Shown: piece by piece, positions 26,482 through 34,172 of the stretch
Layout of the letters: each line of letters opens with the position of its first letter
Numbering within the stretch: the stretch's first letter is position 1
Origin: an uncultured Clostridia bacterium
GTDB taxonomy: Bacteria; Bacillota; Clostridia; Oscillospirales; Ruminococcaceae
Direction of reading: 5' to 3'
Assembly (NCBI GenBank): GCA_944382875.1
Contig: CALWNQ010000045.1
Coordinates: 13,275 to 77,274 of the forward strand
Length of the DNA stretch: 64,000 bases
Notes under the pieces: model-generated
What the model was told of the DNA's origin: nothing
What the model saw: only the letters and a program-made list of their open reading frames with translations
Databases searched by the model: none
Program-made: the position numbers and the translations under genes

Positions 26482-27933
26482 TTACGCTCCTTTCAGGACA
26501 TTCAAACGGGTGATGTCGGGATCTTCCGGCCCGGTCATCGAGCAGCCTTTTTCCTTGGCATAATGAATATAGTCCAAAATCTGCCGGGTAATCCGCTCGC
26601 CGGGGGTGAGGATCGGGATGCCGGGCGGGTAGCACATGACAAATTCGCTGCAAACCCGTCCCTCGGTTTGCTCAATGGGCAGCGATTCCTTGTCGGCGTA
26701 GAACGCCGCGTGGGGCGAAACAGCCACATCGGGGGCGATGTACTCCTGGCTCATCATCCCCATACTGTCCCGCTCATAACGGCGGCGGATCTCAGCCAGC
26801 GCGGCTACCAGACGCTCGACTTCCCGTTGGCGGTCGCCGATCGAGAGGTAGGCAAGGAAGTTTCCGAGGTCGCCGAATTCAATCTGGATGTCATATTCGT
26901 CCCGGAGAATGTCATACACTTCAATACCGGCTAGTCCCATATCGAGGGTGTGAACCGAGAGCTTGGTCCGGTCAAAATCATAGATGCTGTCGCCGTTTTT
27001 GAGTTCGTCCGCAAAGGCGTAGTAGCCGCCGATGGCGTTGATTTCCTCTCTTGCGTAGTCGGCAAGCTCCACCACCTTTGCAAAAGCTTCCTTGCCGCGG
27101 ATGGCAAGGTTCCGGCGGGAGATATCGAGACTGGAGAGCAAAAGGTAGGAGCCGCTCGTCGTCTGGGTGAGGTTGATAATCTGGCGGACATGTCCCTCGC
27201 TCATAGCGGGGCCAATGAGCAGGAAGGAGCTTTGAGTCAGGCTGCCGCCCGATTTGTGCATCGAAACGGCGGCCATGTCGGCGCCGGCCGCCATCGCCGA
27301 AACGGGAAGATTTTCTCCAAAATAAAAATGGGTGCCGTGCGCCTCGTCTGCAAGGCAGTACATCCCATTCTCGTGGGCAATTTTCACAATGGCACGCAGG
27401 TCGGAGCAGATGCCGTAATAGGTGGGGTTGTTGACCAGAACGGCTTTGGCGTCCGGGTTCTGGCGGATGGCCTCTTTCACGTCGGCAAGCTTCATCCCAA
27501 GCGGGATGCCGAGCCGTTCGTCGCAGTCGGGATTGACGTAAACCGGGATTGCGCCGCAGAGGACCAAAGCCCCCATGACGCTCCGGTGAACGTTGCGGGG
27601 GAGGATGATCTTTTCGCCGGCTTTGACGACCGACAAAACCATGCTCTGTACCGCCGAGGTGGTGCCGCCCACCATCAAAAAGGCATGGGCCGCGCCGAAT
27701 GCGTCGGCCGCCAGCTCTTCCGCTTCCCGGATGACCGAGATGGGGTGGCAGAGGTTGTCGAGCGGCTTCATCGAGTTGACGTCCATGCTGACGCACTTTT
27801 GGCCCAGCAGCTCGACAAGCTCCGGGTTGCCGCGGCCGCGTTTGTGGCCGGGGACGTCGAACGGGACGACCCGCATTTTCTGAAAGCGTTCCAGTGCCTC
27901 ATAAATCGGGGCGCGGTGCTGATTTTTTTCCAT
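26482..27933 (-). CDS. speA: Orn/Lys/Arg decarboxylase family enzyme, probable arginine decarboxylase
   Basis: 483 aa. PLP-lysine motif AAVSMHKSGGSLTQSS and fold-type-I major domain. The substrate is inferred only from the adjacent agmatinase. Confidence 0.75.
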   Translation of the reverse strand: MEKNQHRAPIYEALERFQKMRVVPFDVPGHKRGRGNPELVELLGQKCVSMDVNSMKPLDNLCHPISVIREAEELAADAFGAAHAFLMVGGTTSAVQSMVLSVVKAGEKIILPRNVHRSVMGALVLCGAIPVYVNPDCDERLGIPLGMKLADVKEAIRQNPDAKAVLVNNPTYYGICSDLRAIVKIAHENGMYCLADEAHGTHFYFGENLPVSAMAAGADMAAVSMHKSGGSLTQSSFLLIGPAMSEGHVRQIINLTQTTSGSYLLLSSLDISRRNLAIRGKEAFAKVVELADYAREEINAIGGYYAFADELKNGDSIYDFDRTKLSVHTLDMGLAGIEVYDILRDEYDIQIEFGDLGNFLAYLSIGDRQREVERLVAALAEIRRRYERDSMGMMSQEYIAPDVAVSPHAAFYADKESLPIEQTEGRVCSEFVMCYPPGIPILTPGERITRQILDYIHYAKEKGCSMTGPEDPDITRLNVLKGA

Positions 27934-28694
27934 TAGTAAATATTCCTCCCGCTGAAAATTTCGATCATCTCGCTGCGCAGGCTGTTCATAATCGAAAGCC
28001 GGGTGCTCGGCGGGAGCTCGTAGACGTCGGTTTTAAAGAGGTAGTTCTGGAGGTCGATCTCCTTAATCATCATATTGGTGTGGAAGAGGTTGGCGCTGTA
28101 TACGTTGATGTCCACCGCGTCGTAGCGCTGAAGCGTTTCATTGGCGATATAGTCCTGGATGGAGGTCATTTTGTGATCCATAAAAAGCTTTTTGCCGGTG
28201 ACGTCGCGGGTAAAGCCGCGGACGCGGTAATCAAGGGTGATGATGTCCGAATCAAAGGAGCCGATCAGGTAGTCGAGGGTGGAGAGCGGGGTGATCTCGC
28301 CGCAGGTTGCCACGTCGATGTCCACCCGGAAAGTGGCCAAACAGGTGTCGGGGTGATATTCGGGGTAAGTGTGGACTGTCACATGGCTCTTATCGAGGTG
28401 GGCGACCTGGGTTTCGCCGCCAACCGGGATCATCGAGCCTTCTGCGATCAGAATGGTGACCGAGGCTCCCTGCGGATCGTAGTCCTGGCGGGAAACATTC
28501 AAGACCTTTGCCCCGATCATGTTGGTGAGGGTGGTGAGGATGTTGGTCAGACGCTCCGAGTTATATTGTTCGTCGATATAGGCGATATAATCCTTCTGCT
28601 CCCGCGGTGTTTTGGCGTAGCAGACGTCATAGATATTAAAGCTCAGCGATTTTGTCAGGTTGTTGAACCCATATAAGGTCAGTTTCTGATCCAT
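27933..28694 (-). CDS. speD: S-adenosylmethionine decarboxylase proenzyme (long, E. coli-type)
   Basis: About 254 aa. KLTLYGFNNLTKSLSFNIYD N-terminus and self-cleavage/pyruvoyl site AHLDK-SHVTVHTYPE. Start set at ATG 28694 behind GGAGGGAG. The track extension to 28838 is Arg/Pro/Cys-rich leader sequence. Confidence 0.85.
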   Translation of the reverse strand: MDQKLTLYGFNNLTKSLSFNIYDVCYAKTPREQKDYIAYIDEQYNSERLTNILTTLTNMIGAKVLNVSRQDYDPQGASVTILIAEGSMIPVGGETQVAHLDKSHVTVHTYPEYHPDTCLATFRVDIDVATCGEITPLSTLDYLIGSFDSDIITLDYRVRGFTRDVTGKKLFMDHKMTSIQDYIANETLQRYDAVDINVYSANLFHTNMMIKEIDLQNYLFKTDVYELPPSTRLSIMNSLRSEMIEIFSGRNIY

Positions 28695-28935
28695 AAAGCT
28701 CCCTCCGGGACGATATTTTTGCAAAACAAAAAGCAGACGATTGCACGACAGCGAATCGCCTGCGTCAGTCAGACACCTGTATCCCGGCGGAAGAGCCCGT
28801 CCGCCGTTTTTGATCCTGTGGAATGATACAGATTGCATCTCAGAGCCTATATAGCAAATAATCTTACTTTTACTACTCTTATTGACCGTTTCACAAGTTG
28901 ATGTGCCGCATGCACACTGGTTATAAAGTAACCAA
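28695..28935 (-). promoter_or_regulatory. Long 5' leader of the polyamine operon
   Basis: About 235 nt separate the candidate promoter from speD. The leader is AT-rich and has no ORF. It contains the CGGCGG-N10-CCGCCG hairpin (28785-28806) and the terminator above. Confidence 0.45.
28722..28763 (-). terminator. Intrinsic terminator inside the speD leader (attenuator candidate)
   Basis: On the minus strand, GCAGGCGA-N15-TCGTCTGC (8 bp, one G-U) is followed by TTTTTGTTTTGC. It ends 28 nt before the speD start codon. Confidence 0.6.
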
Positions 28936-28966
28936 CTTATAAAATTTGAGTTTTTAACTCAATCAA
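28936..28966 (-). promoter_or_regulatory. Candidate sigma-A promoter of the polyamine operon, overlapped by a perfect palindrome
   Basis: On the minus strand: TTGATT (28966-28961), a 17-nt spacer, then TTTATA (or TATAAG with a 19-nt spacer). The palindrome TTGAGTT-TTT-AACTCAA (28946-28962) covers the -35/spacer region. Confidence 0.35.
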
Positions 28967-29138
28967 TGTCGGCAGTTGACCCGGCTGTCCGTCTGGCCTT
29001 GACCTGCAAAGGAAGCAGGTGGTCAAGAATATTTGCATGGAGAAGAAGCAACAGCATTCCATACAAACTTATGATAACAGAATGGGGGGGAATTGTCAAG
29101 ACATTTTTCGGCAAAATCCGGTTTGGTAAACCGAAAAG

Positions 29139-29174
29139 ACAAAATCGAAAAAAATTACAAAAATCGAAAAAAAA
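29139..29174 (+). repeat. A-rich direct repeat ACAAAATCGAAAAAAA x2
   Basis: ACAAAATCGAAAAAAA at 29139-29154 and ACAAAAATCGAAAAAAAA at 29157-29174, just upstream of the -10 box of the next operon. Confidence 0.6.
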
Positions 29175-29201
29175 TCCCTTTTTTTCTGTAGGGAAATGCC
29201 C

Positions 29202-29207
29202 TATAAT
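29202..29207 (+). promoter_or_regulatory. Candidate -10 box (TATAAT) for the URO-D-like/GH38 operon
   Basis: Perfect TATAAT 43 nt upstream of ATG 29250. There is no good -35; a T-tract occupies that position. Confidence 0.35.
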
Positions 29208-29249
29208 AAAGGTAAGTTGTGATTTGGAGAAATGGAAAGGAGTATCAAA

Positions 29250-30260
29250 ATGACATCACGAGAAAAGGTCTTGGAGATCTTTAACCGCAAAAGCACCAAC
29301 GGCGGTGCGATGTGGACGGGACATCCAAACGACGCTACGGTGCCGATCTACGCCGAAAAATGGGGGATCGAGCCCACACGGGAAGCGATCTTCCAGTTTT
29401 TAAACGACGACTGCCGGTGGTTTACGGCCGACAGCGGCTACCATCATCCGCAGGGGCTGCCCGCCATCGACCCGGCCTATGGGACTGAGCGGCACACCCT
29501 GAGTGCCGAGGGCTGCTTTGCCAATGCCGAAACGGTGGCCGACATCGAAAAATACCCCTGGCCAAACCCCGACTACTGCGATTTCACCGAAATCTACCGC
29601 CAGATTGAGCAGTTCCCGGATAAAATGGTCTTTACCGGGATGTGGAGCTGCTTCTTCCATCAGGTTGCCGATTTCTTCGGGATGGAAAACTATTTCATTA
29701 AGATGTATGAGTGCCCCGAGGTCGTGGAAGCGCTGACCGAGCGGATCGTCGACTACTATGTGGCGGCCAACGAGAAGTTCTTCTCCCAGCTTGGCGACCG
29801 GGCCGATGTCATGTTCTTCGGCAACGATTTCGGCACCCAGCTTGACCTTTTCATTTCCCCGGAGCTGTTCCGCAAGTTTGTCATGCCTTCCTTTAAGCGG
29901 CTGATCGCGGTGGGCAAAAAGTACAACAAAAAGATCATGCTCCATTCCTGCGGTTCCATCTACCGGATCATCCCCGACCTGATCGACGCCGGCGTGGATA
30001 TTCTCCATCCGATCCAGGCGCAGGCGGCGGGCATGAGCGCGCAGGATCTGAAACAGTATAAAAACGACCTCGCCTTTGTCGGCGGCATCGACGCCCAGAC
30101 CTTTTTTGTCAACGCGACTCCCCAGCAGATCAAGGACGAGGTACACCGCGTCCGGGACATCCTGGGCCCGAACATTGTCATTTCACCCAGCCACGAGGAA
30201 GTGCTGCCCAATGTACCGGCCGAGAACATCCTGGCCATGGCCGAAGCGGCGAGAGATTAA
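29250..30260 (+). CDS. Uroporphyrinogen decarboxylase (URO-D)/MT2 methyltransferase-like family protein, paralog 1
   Basis: About 336 aa. URO-D-fold pattern with an HxCG motif (MLHSCGSIYRIIPDLIDAGVDILHPIQ). Start at ATG 29250, 8 nt after AAAGGAG. Confidence 0.7.
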   Translation: MTSREKVLEIFNRKSTNGGAMWTGHPNDATVPIYAEKWGIEPTREAIFQFLNDDCRWFTADSGYHHPQGLPAIDPAYGTERHTLSAEGCFANAETVADIEKYPWPNPDYCDFTEIYRQIEQFPDKMVFTGMWSCFFHQVADFFGMENYFIKMYECPEVVEALTERIVDYYVAANEKFFSQLGDRADVMFFGNDFGTQLDLFISPELFRKFVMPSFKRLIAVGKKYNKKIMLHSCGSIYRIIPDLIDAGVDILHPIQAQAAGMSAQDLKQYKNDLAFVGGIDAQTFFVNATPQQIKDEVHRVRDILGPNIVISPSHEEVLPNVPAENILAMAEAARD

Positions 30261-30269
30261 GGAGGAGCT

Positions 30270-31316
30270 ATGTTTACACCTGATTACACCAATCTGGAAA
30301 AAAGTGCCCGCAACATCGAAGCGCCGCGGATGCCGCTTTATGAGCACATCATTTGCGACGAAATGATGGAGGCGGTGCTCGACAAAAAATTTGCCGACCT
30401 AATCCACGGCGATTTTGAGGACAAAAAGGAATATTTCCGCAACTACTGCGAGTTTTTTAAACGAATGGGCTACGACACCGTGTCTTTTGAGCAGTGCATT
30501 GGCCCGGTCATGCCGGGCAGCGGCGCGCTGGGCGGCCACAAAGAAGGCGTCATTCAAACACGCGAGGACTTTGACAAATACCCGTGGGCAGAAATCCCCG
30601 GCTGGTATTTTGAACGCTACGCGGAGGATTTCCGCGCTCTGGCGGCGGTCATCCCGGAGGGGATGAAGGCGATCGGCGGCCCCGGCAACGGCATTTTCGA
30701 GTGTGTTCAGGATGTGGTGGGCTATATGAACCTCTGCTACATCTCAGCTGACGATCCCGACCTCTATGCCGCTCTGTTTGCCAAAGTTGGCGAGACCAAC
30801 CTTGCCATCTGGGAACGCTTCCTGGAGGAGTTCGGCGACCTCTACTGCGTCTGCCGGTTCGGCGACGACCTGGGCTATAAGAGCAACACGCTGCTCCCCC
30901 ATACCGACATCATCGACAATATTATTCCGCAGTACCGCCGTATCATCGAGGCGGTCCACCGCCACGGCAAGCCGTTCCTGCTTCATTCCTGCGGCTGCAT
31001 CTTTGACATTATGGAAGAGCTGATTGCCGCCGGTATTGACGCCAAACACTCCAACGAGGACCAGATTGCGCGGTTCCCGGTCTGGGTGGAAAAATACGGC
31101 GACCGGATCGGCAACTTTGGAGGCATCGACACCGACGCGGTCTGCCGCCTTTCCGAGCCGGAAATGCGGGAGTACATCACCGACGTGGTGCGCCAGTGCC
31201 GCGGGCACGGCGGATTTGCCTTCGGTTCCGGAAACTCGATCCCGGACTATGTTCCGGTGGAGGGATATTTGAATATGAACCGCATTGCGCGGGAAATCAG
31301 GGGTGATTACAAATGA
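30270..31316 (+). CDS. URO-D/MT2 methyltransferase-like family protein, paralog 2
   Basis: 348 aa with the same fold pattern and an HxCG motif (LLHSCGCIFDIMEELIAAGIDAKHSNE). AAGGAGGAG RBS. Confidence 0.7.
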   Translation: MFTPDYTNLEKSARNIEAPRMPLYEHIICDEMMEAVLDKKFADLIHGDFEDKKEYFRNYCEFFKRMGYDTVSFEQCIGPVMPGSGALGGHKEGVIQTREDFDKYPWAEIPGWYFERYAEDFRALAAVIPEGMKAIGGPGNGIFECVQDVVGYMNLCYISADDPDLYAALFAKVGETNLAIWERFLEEFGDLYCVCRFGDDLGYKSNTLLPHTDIIDNIIPQYRRIIEAVHRHGKPFLLHSCGCIFDIMEELIAAGIDAKHSNEDQIARFPVWVEKYGDRIGNFGGIDTDAVCRLSEPEMREYITDVVRQCRGHGGFAFGSGNSIPDYVPVEGYLNMNRIAREIRGDYK

Positions 31317-34105
31317 TTCAGGTTGTACATGATTTTGACCGGTTCGCGTTTGTGGAAGAAGCGGCCGGCAGCCGTCCCACCGCCTGGCAGCGGCGGATCA
31401 TCGGCGAGCTGCGGTTTACCGAGGTCCTTTCCGAGGAAGCTTCGGGCGCTTATAATGGTCTCATCGAAGCGGCGCTGTCCGTTTTGAAAGAGGGGCTGAA
31501 AGCGGAGGGCGTCCTCTCCAATTCGGTCTGTGAAAAGGCGGAGCAGGCGCTTCTGCCGCTGGCGGAGGAAGCCAAGAGCTATGAGTACCTCTGCGCCGGC
31601 CACGCGCACATCGACATGAACTGGATGTGGGGTTTCCACGAAACCACCGGCACCACGGTGGATACTTTCCGGACGATGCTTCAGATTATGGAGGAGTATC
31701 CCGGCTTCAAATTCTCCCAGTCCCAGGCTTCGGTCTACCGGATTCTGGAACGGTTCGCGCCCGAAATGCTCGAGGAGGTCAAAGCCCGCGTCGCCGAGGG
31801 ACGCTGGGAGCTGACCGCTTCGGCCTGGGTGGAAACCGACAAGAATATGCCGAGCGGCGAGAGCCTTTCCCGCCATATCCTCTATGCAAAACAGTATTTG
31901 TCCAAACTCTTCTCGATCAGCCCCGACAGTCTGGAGGTTGACTTTGATCCCGATACCTTTGGCCACAGCCAGAATATCCCGGAAATTGCTTCGCGCGGCG
32001 GCGTGAAGTACTACTATCATTGCCGCGGCCGCGTTGGGGAGCAGGTGCTCAACCGCTGGCGTTCGCCCTCCGGAGCCGAGCTCATCATCTACACCGAGCC
32101 GTTCTGGTACAACGGCGAAATCGACACTACTGCCGCCGAATTTGCCCCCGAGCTTGCCCGTCGGACCGGTTCCCGCACCCTGCTCAAGGTTTACGGCGTC
32201 GGCGACCACGGCGGCGGACCAACCCGCCGCGACCTCGATTTCCTGATCGAGATGAACAGCTGGCCGGTCTACCCGAAGTTCACCTTCTCCACTTTCCACG
32301 AGTATTTCCACACCGTCGAAGCGCGGCGGGAAACGCTGCCGGTCATCGAGGGCGAGATCAACTTCCTCTGCGACGGCTGCTACACCACCCAAACCCGGAT
32401 CAAAGCCGGAAACCGCCGTTCCGAGCGTATTCTGCAGGACGCCGAGCTGTTTGAAGCGGCTTCTTCGGTCTGCGCCGGCGGCAAAGCCCGTCCGGAGATT
32501 TTTGCGGAAGCCTGGGAAAAGGTGCTCTTCAACCACTTCCATGACATCATCCCCGGTTCCGGCGTGACCGAAACCCGTGAATACGCCTCCGCCCTCTATC
32601 AGGAGGTTGCCGCGGCAGCCGACAGCCGCCGCAAACAGGCGTTCTATAACATCACCAGCCAGATGGACACCAGCGCCCTCATCGAGCCGGAAGACGTTTC
32701 CTTCTCCCGTGCCGAAGGCGGCGGAGCGGGGTTTGGTGAGTGCGGATATTCCGCCGGTAAAAACCGCATCTTCCACCTCTTCAACCCCTCTCCCTGGGAT
32801 CGTACCGAAAACGCCGAGTTCGTCGTCTGGGATTACGAGGGCCGGGAAGACCGGATGGCGGTGCGGGATACCGCCGGAAACTGGCTGGATACCCAGAAGA
32901 TCAAGAGCGGCGATTACTGGGGCCACCATTACGCCATTCTGGCTGCAGAAGTGACTGTTCCCGCAGCCGGCAGCGCCGCCTATATTGTGGGGGAACGTCC
33001 CGTTTCGTGCGGATGCAGCTTTTTCAACGACATGCGGGTGCAGGCTCCCGAAACCTTTGTCCTCGAAAATAAAAAAATCCGCGCCGAATTCTCTCCGGCA
33101 ACGGCAGGGCTTGTGTCGCTGGTGCGCAAGGACACCGGCCGCGAGCTGATCCCCACCGGAAAGGAAGCGCGCTTTGAGCTTGCTACCGAAGCGGTTTGGA
33201 AAGAAGTTACCGGCTGGGACGGCGGGATGTCCGCCTGGTTCACCGGGCGGCAGAAAGCGGTCACCCCGCTTCAGAACGTTGAGCTGCGGCAGCTGCCCGG
33301 CGGCGCGGTGCGCGGACGTCTGGAGATGAAAGCAAACTTTGGCAAGGCCTCTACCTTCCGGGCCGAGATCAGCCTTGACCAGAACAGCGAAAACCTCCGG
33401 TTCGCGGTGAGCTGCGACTGGCGCGAGTTCGGCAGCGATGCCGACGGCATCCCCTGCCTGCAGTTCACTCTGCCGGAATCCCTCGACGACGGCAGCTTCC
33501 TGTTTGATGTGCCGTTTGGCTTTGTCCGCCGCGAAGGCCGGGAGATGGACCTCCCCGCCAACCGCTTTGTTATGGCGGGCGACAGCGCCGACGCGCTGAT
33601 CCTCAGCGCCCAGACCAAGTACGGCTACCGCTGCGGCAGCGGCCGGATGGCGGTCACCCTGATCCGCGGCGCCTACAATCCCGATCCCACCCCCGAAATC
33701 GGCACCCACGAGATTGCCATTTCGGTGCTGGCTCCGGCTGGCGGCAAGGCAGACAGCGCTTATTCCCGTCTGGTACAGGACAGCGAGCATCCGCTCTTTG
33801 CCATTTCGGGCCGCGCCCACAAGGGCACCCTTCCGGTTTCGGGCAGCTTCCTCCATCTGGAAGAAGGCAGCGCGCTGCTCTCCGCCTGCAAGGTTTCGGA
33901 AGACGGCAAAGCTCTGATTCTCCGCCTGTATGAAGCGGACGGCAAGGATTGCGAAGCTGCGGTAACCTTCTGCTGCGCGCCTAAGTCGGCAGTGGCGGCA
34001 GATCAGCTGGAGCGTCCTGCTGACGGCTGCGTCAAACTGGACGGAAACCGTGTTTCAGTCAAAATGGCGCCGTACAGCGTTGCGATCCTGCGGGTAGAAC
34101 TATAA
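31313..34105 (+). CDS. GH38 alpha-mannosidase (cytoplasmic type)
   Basis: 930 aa, no signal peptide. GHAHIDMNWMWG catalytic-domain signature, DTFGHS, YGVGDHGGGPT. The ATGA overlap with the upstream gene indicates translational coupling. Confidence 0.85.
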   Translation: MIQVVHDFDRFAFVEEAAGSRPTAWQRRIIGELRFTEVLSEEASGAYNGLIEAALSVLKEGLKAEGVLSNSVCEKAEQALLPLAEEAKSYEYLCAGHAHIDMNWMWGFHETTGTTVDTFRTMLQIMEEYPGFKFSQSQASVYRILERFAPEMLEEVKARVAEGRWELTASAWVETDKNMPSGESLSRHILYAKQYLSKLFSISPDSLEVDFDPDTFGHSQNIPEIASRGGVKYYYHCRGRVGEQVLNRWRSPSGAELIIYTEPFWYNGEIDTTAAEFAPELARRTGSRTLLKVYGVGDHGGGPTRRDLDFLIEMNSWPVYPKFTFSTFHEYFHTVEARRETLPVIEGEINFLCDGCYTTQTRIKAGNRRSERILQDAELFEAASSVCAGGKARPEIFAEAWEKVLFNHFHDIIPGSGVTETREYASALYQEVAAAADSRRKQAFYNITSQMDTSALIEPEDVSFSRAEGGGAGFGECGYSAGKNRIFHLFNPSPWDRTENAEFVVWDYEGREDRMAVRDTAGNWLDTQKIKSGDYWGHHYAILAAEVTVPAAGSAAYIVGERPVSCGCSFFNDMRVQAPETFVLENKKIRAEFSPATAGLVSLVRKDTGRELIPTGKEARFELATEAVWKEVTGWDGGMSAWFTGRQKAVTPLQNVELRQLPGGAVRGRLEMKANFGKASTFRAEISLDQNSENLRFAVSCDWREFGSDADGIPCLQFTLPESLDDGSFLFDVPFGFVRREGREMDLPANRFVMAGDSADALILSAQTKYGYRCGSGRMAVTLIRGAYNPDPTPEIGTHEIAISVLAPAGGKADSAYSRLVQDSEHPLFAISGRAHKGTLPVSGSFLHLEEGSALLSACKVSEDGKALILRLYEADGKDCEAAVTFCCAPKSAVAADQLERPADGCVKLDGNRVSVKMAPYSVAILRVEL

Positions 34106-34121
34106 TTGGACAAATTGAAGA

Positions 34122-34154
34122 GGCTGCGGCTTGGGAGAAAGCCGCGGCCCTTTT
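34122..34154 (+). terminator. Intrinsic terminator/attenuator between GH38 and URO-D-like paralog 3
   Basis: GGCTGCGGCTT-N6-AAGCCGCGGCC (11 bp, one G-U) followed by CTTTT. Only 18 nt separate it from ATG 34173, which leaves no room for a promoter. Confidence 0.55.
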
Positions 34155-34172
34155 GCATGGGAGGTACAAACC

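Noticed and set aside
28770-28850. Resemblance of ACGGCGGAC...CCGCCGGGAUA in the speD leader to the 3' part of ykkC/guanidine-I riboswitches (the agmatinase link made this tempting).
   Set aside because: I cannot find the other conserved ykkC elements (GGGUUCCG and GGUCCGAGAG-type segments). The hairpin loop is 10 nt rather than an ACGR tetraloop, so mini-ykkC does not fit either. The class is left undetermined pending a covariance-model scan.
28966-29253. 95-aa plus-strand ORF in the divergent intergenic region.
   Set aside because: It has no RBS and a Lys/Arg/Phe-rich translation that includes the A-tract repeats. It overlaps the promoter/RBS region of the downstream gene.
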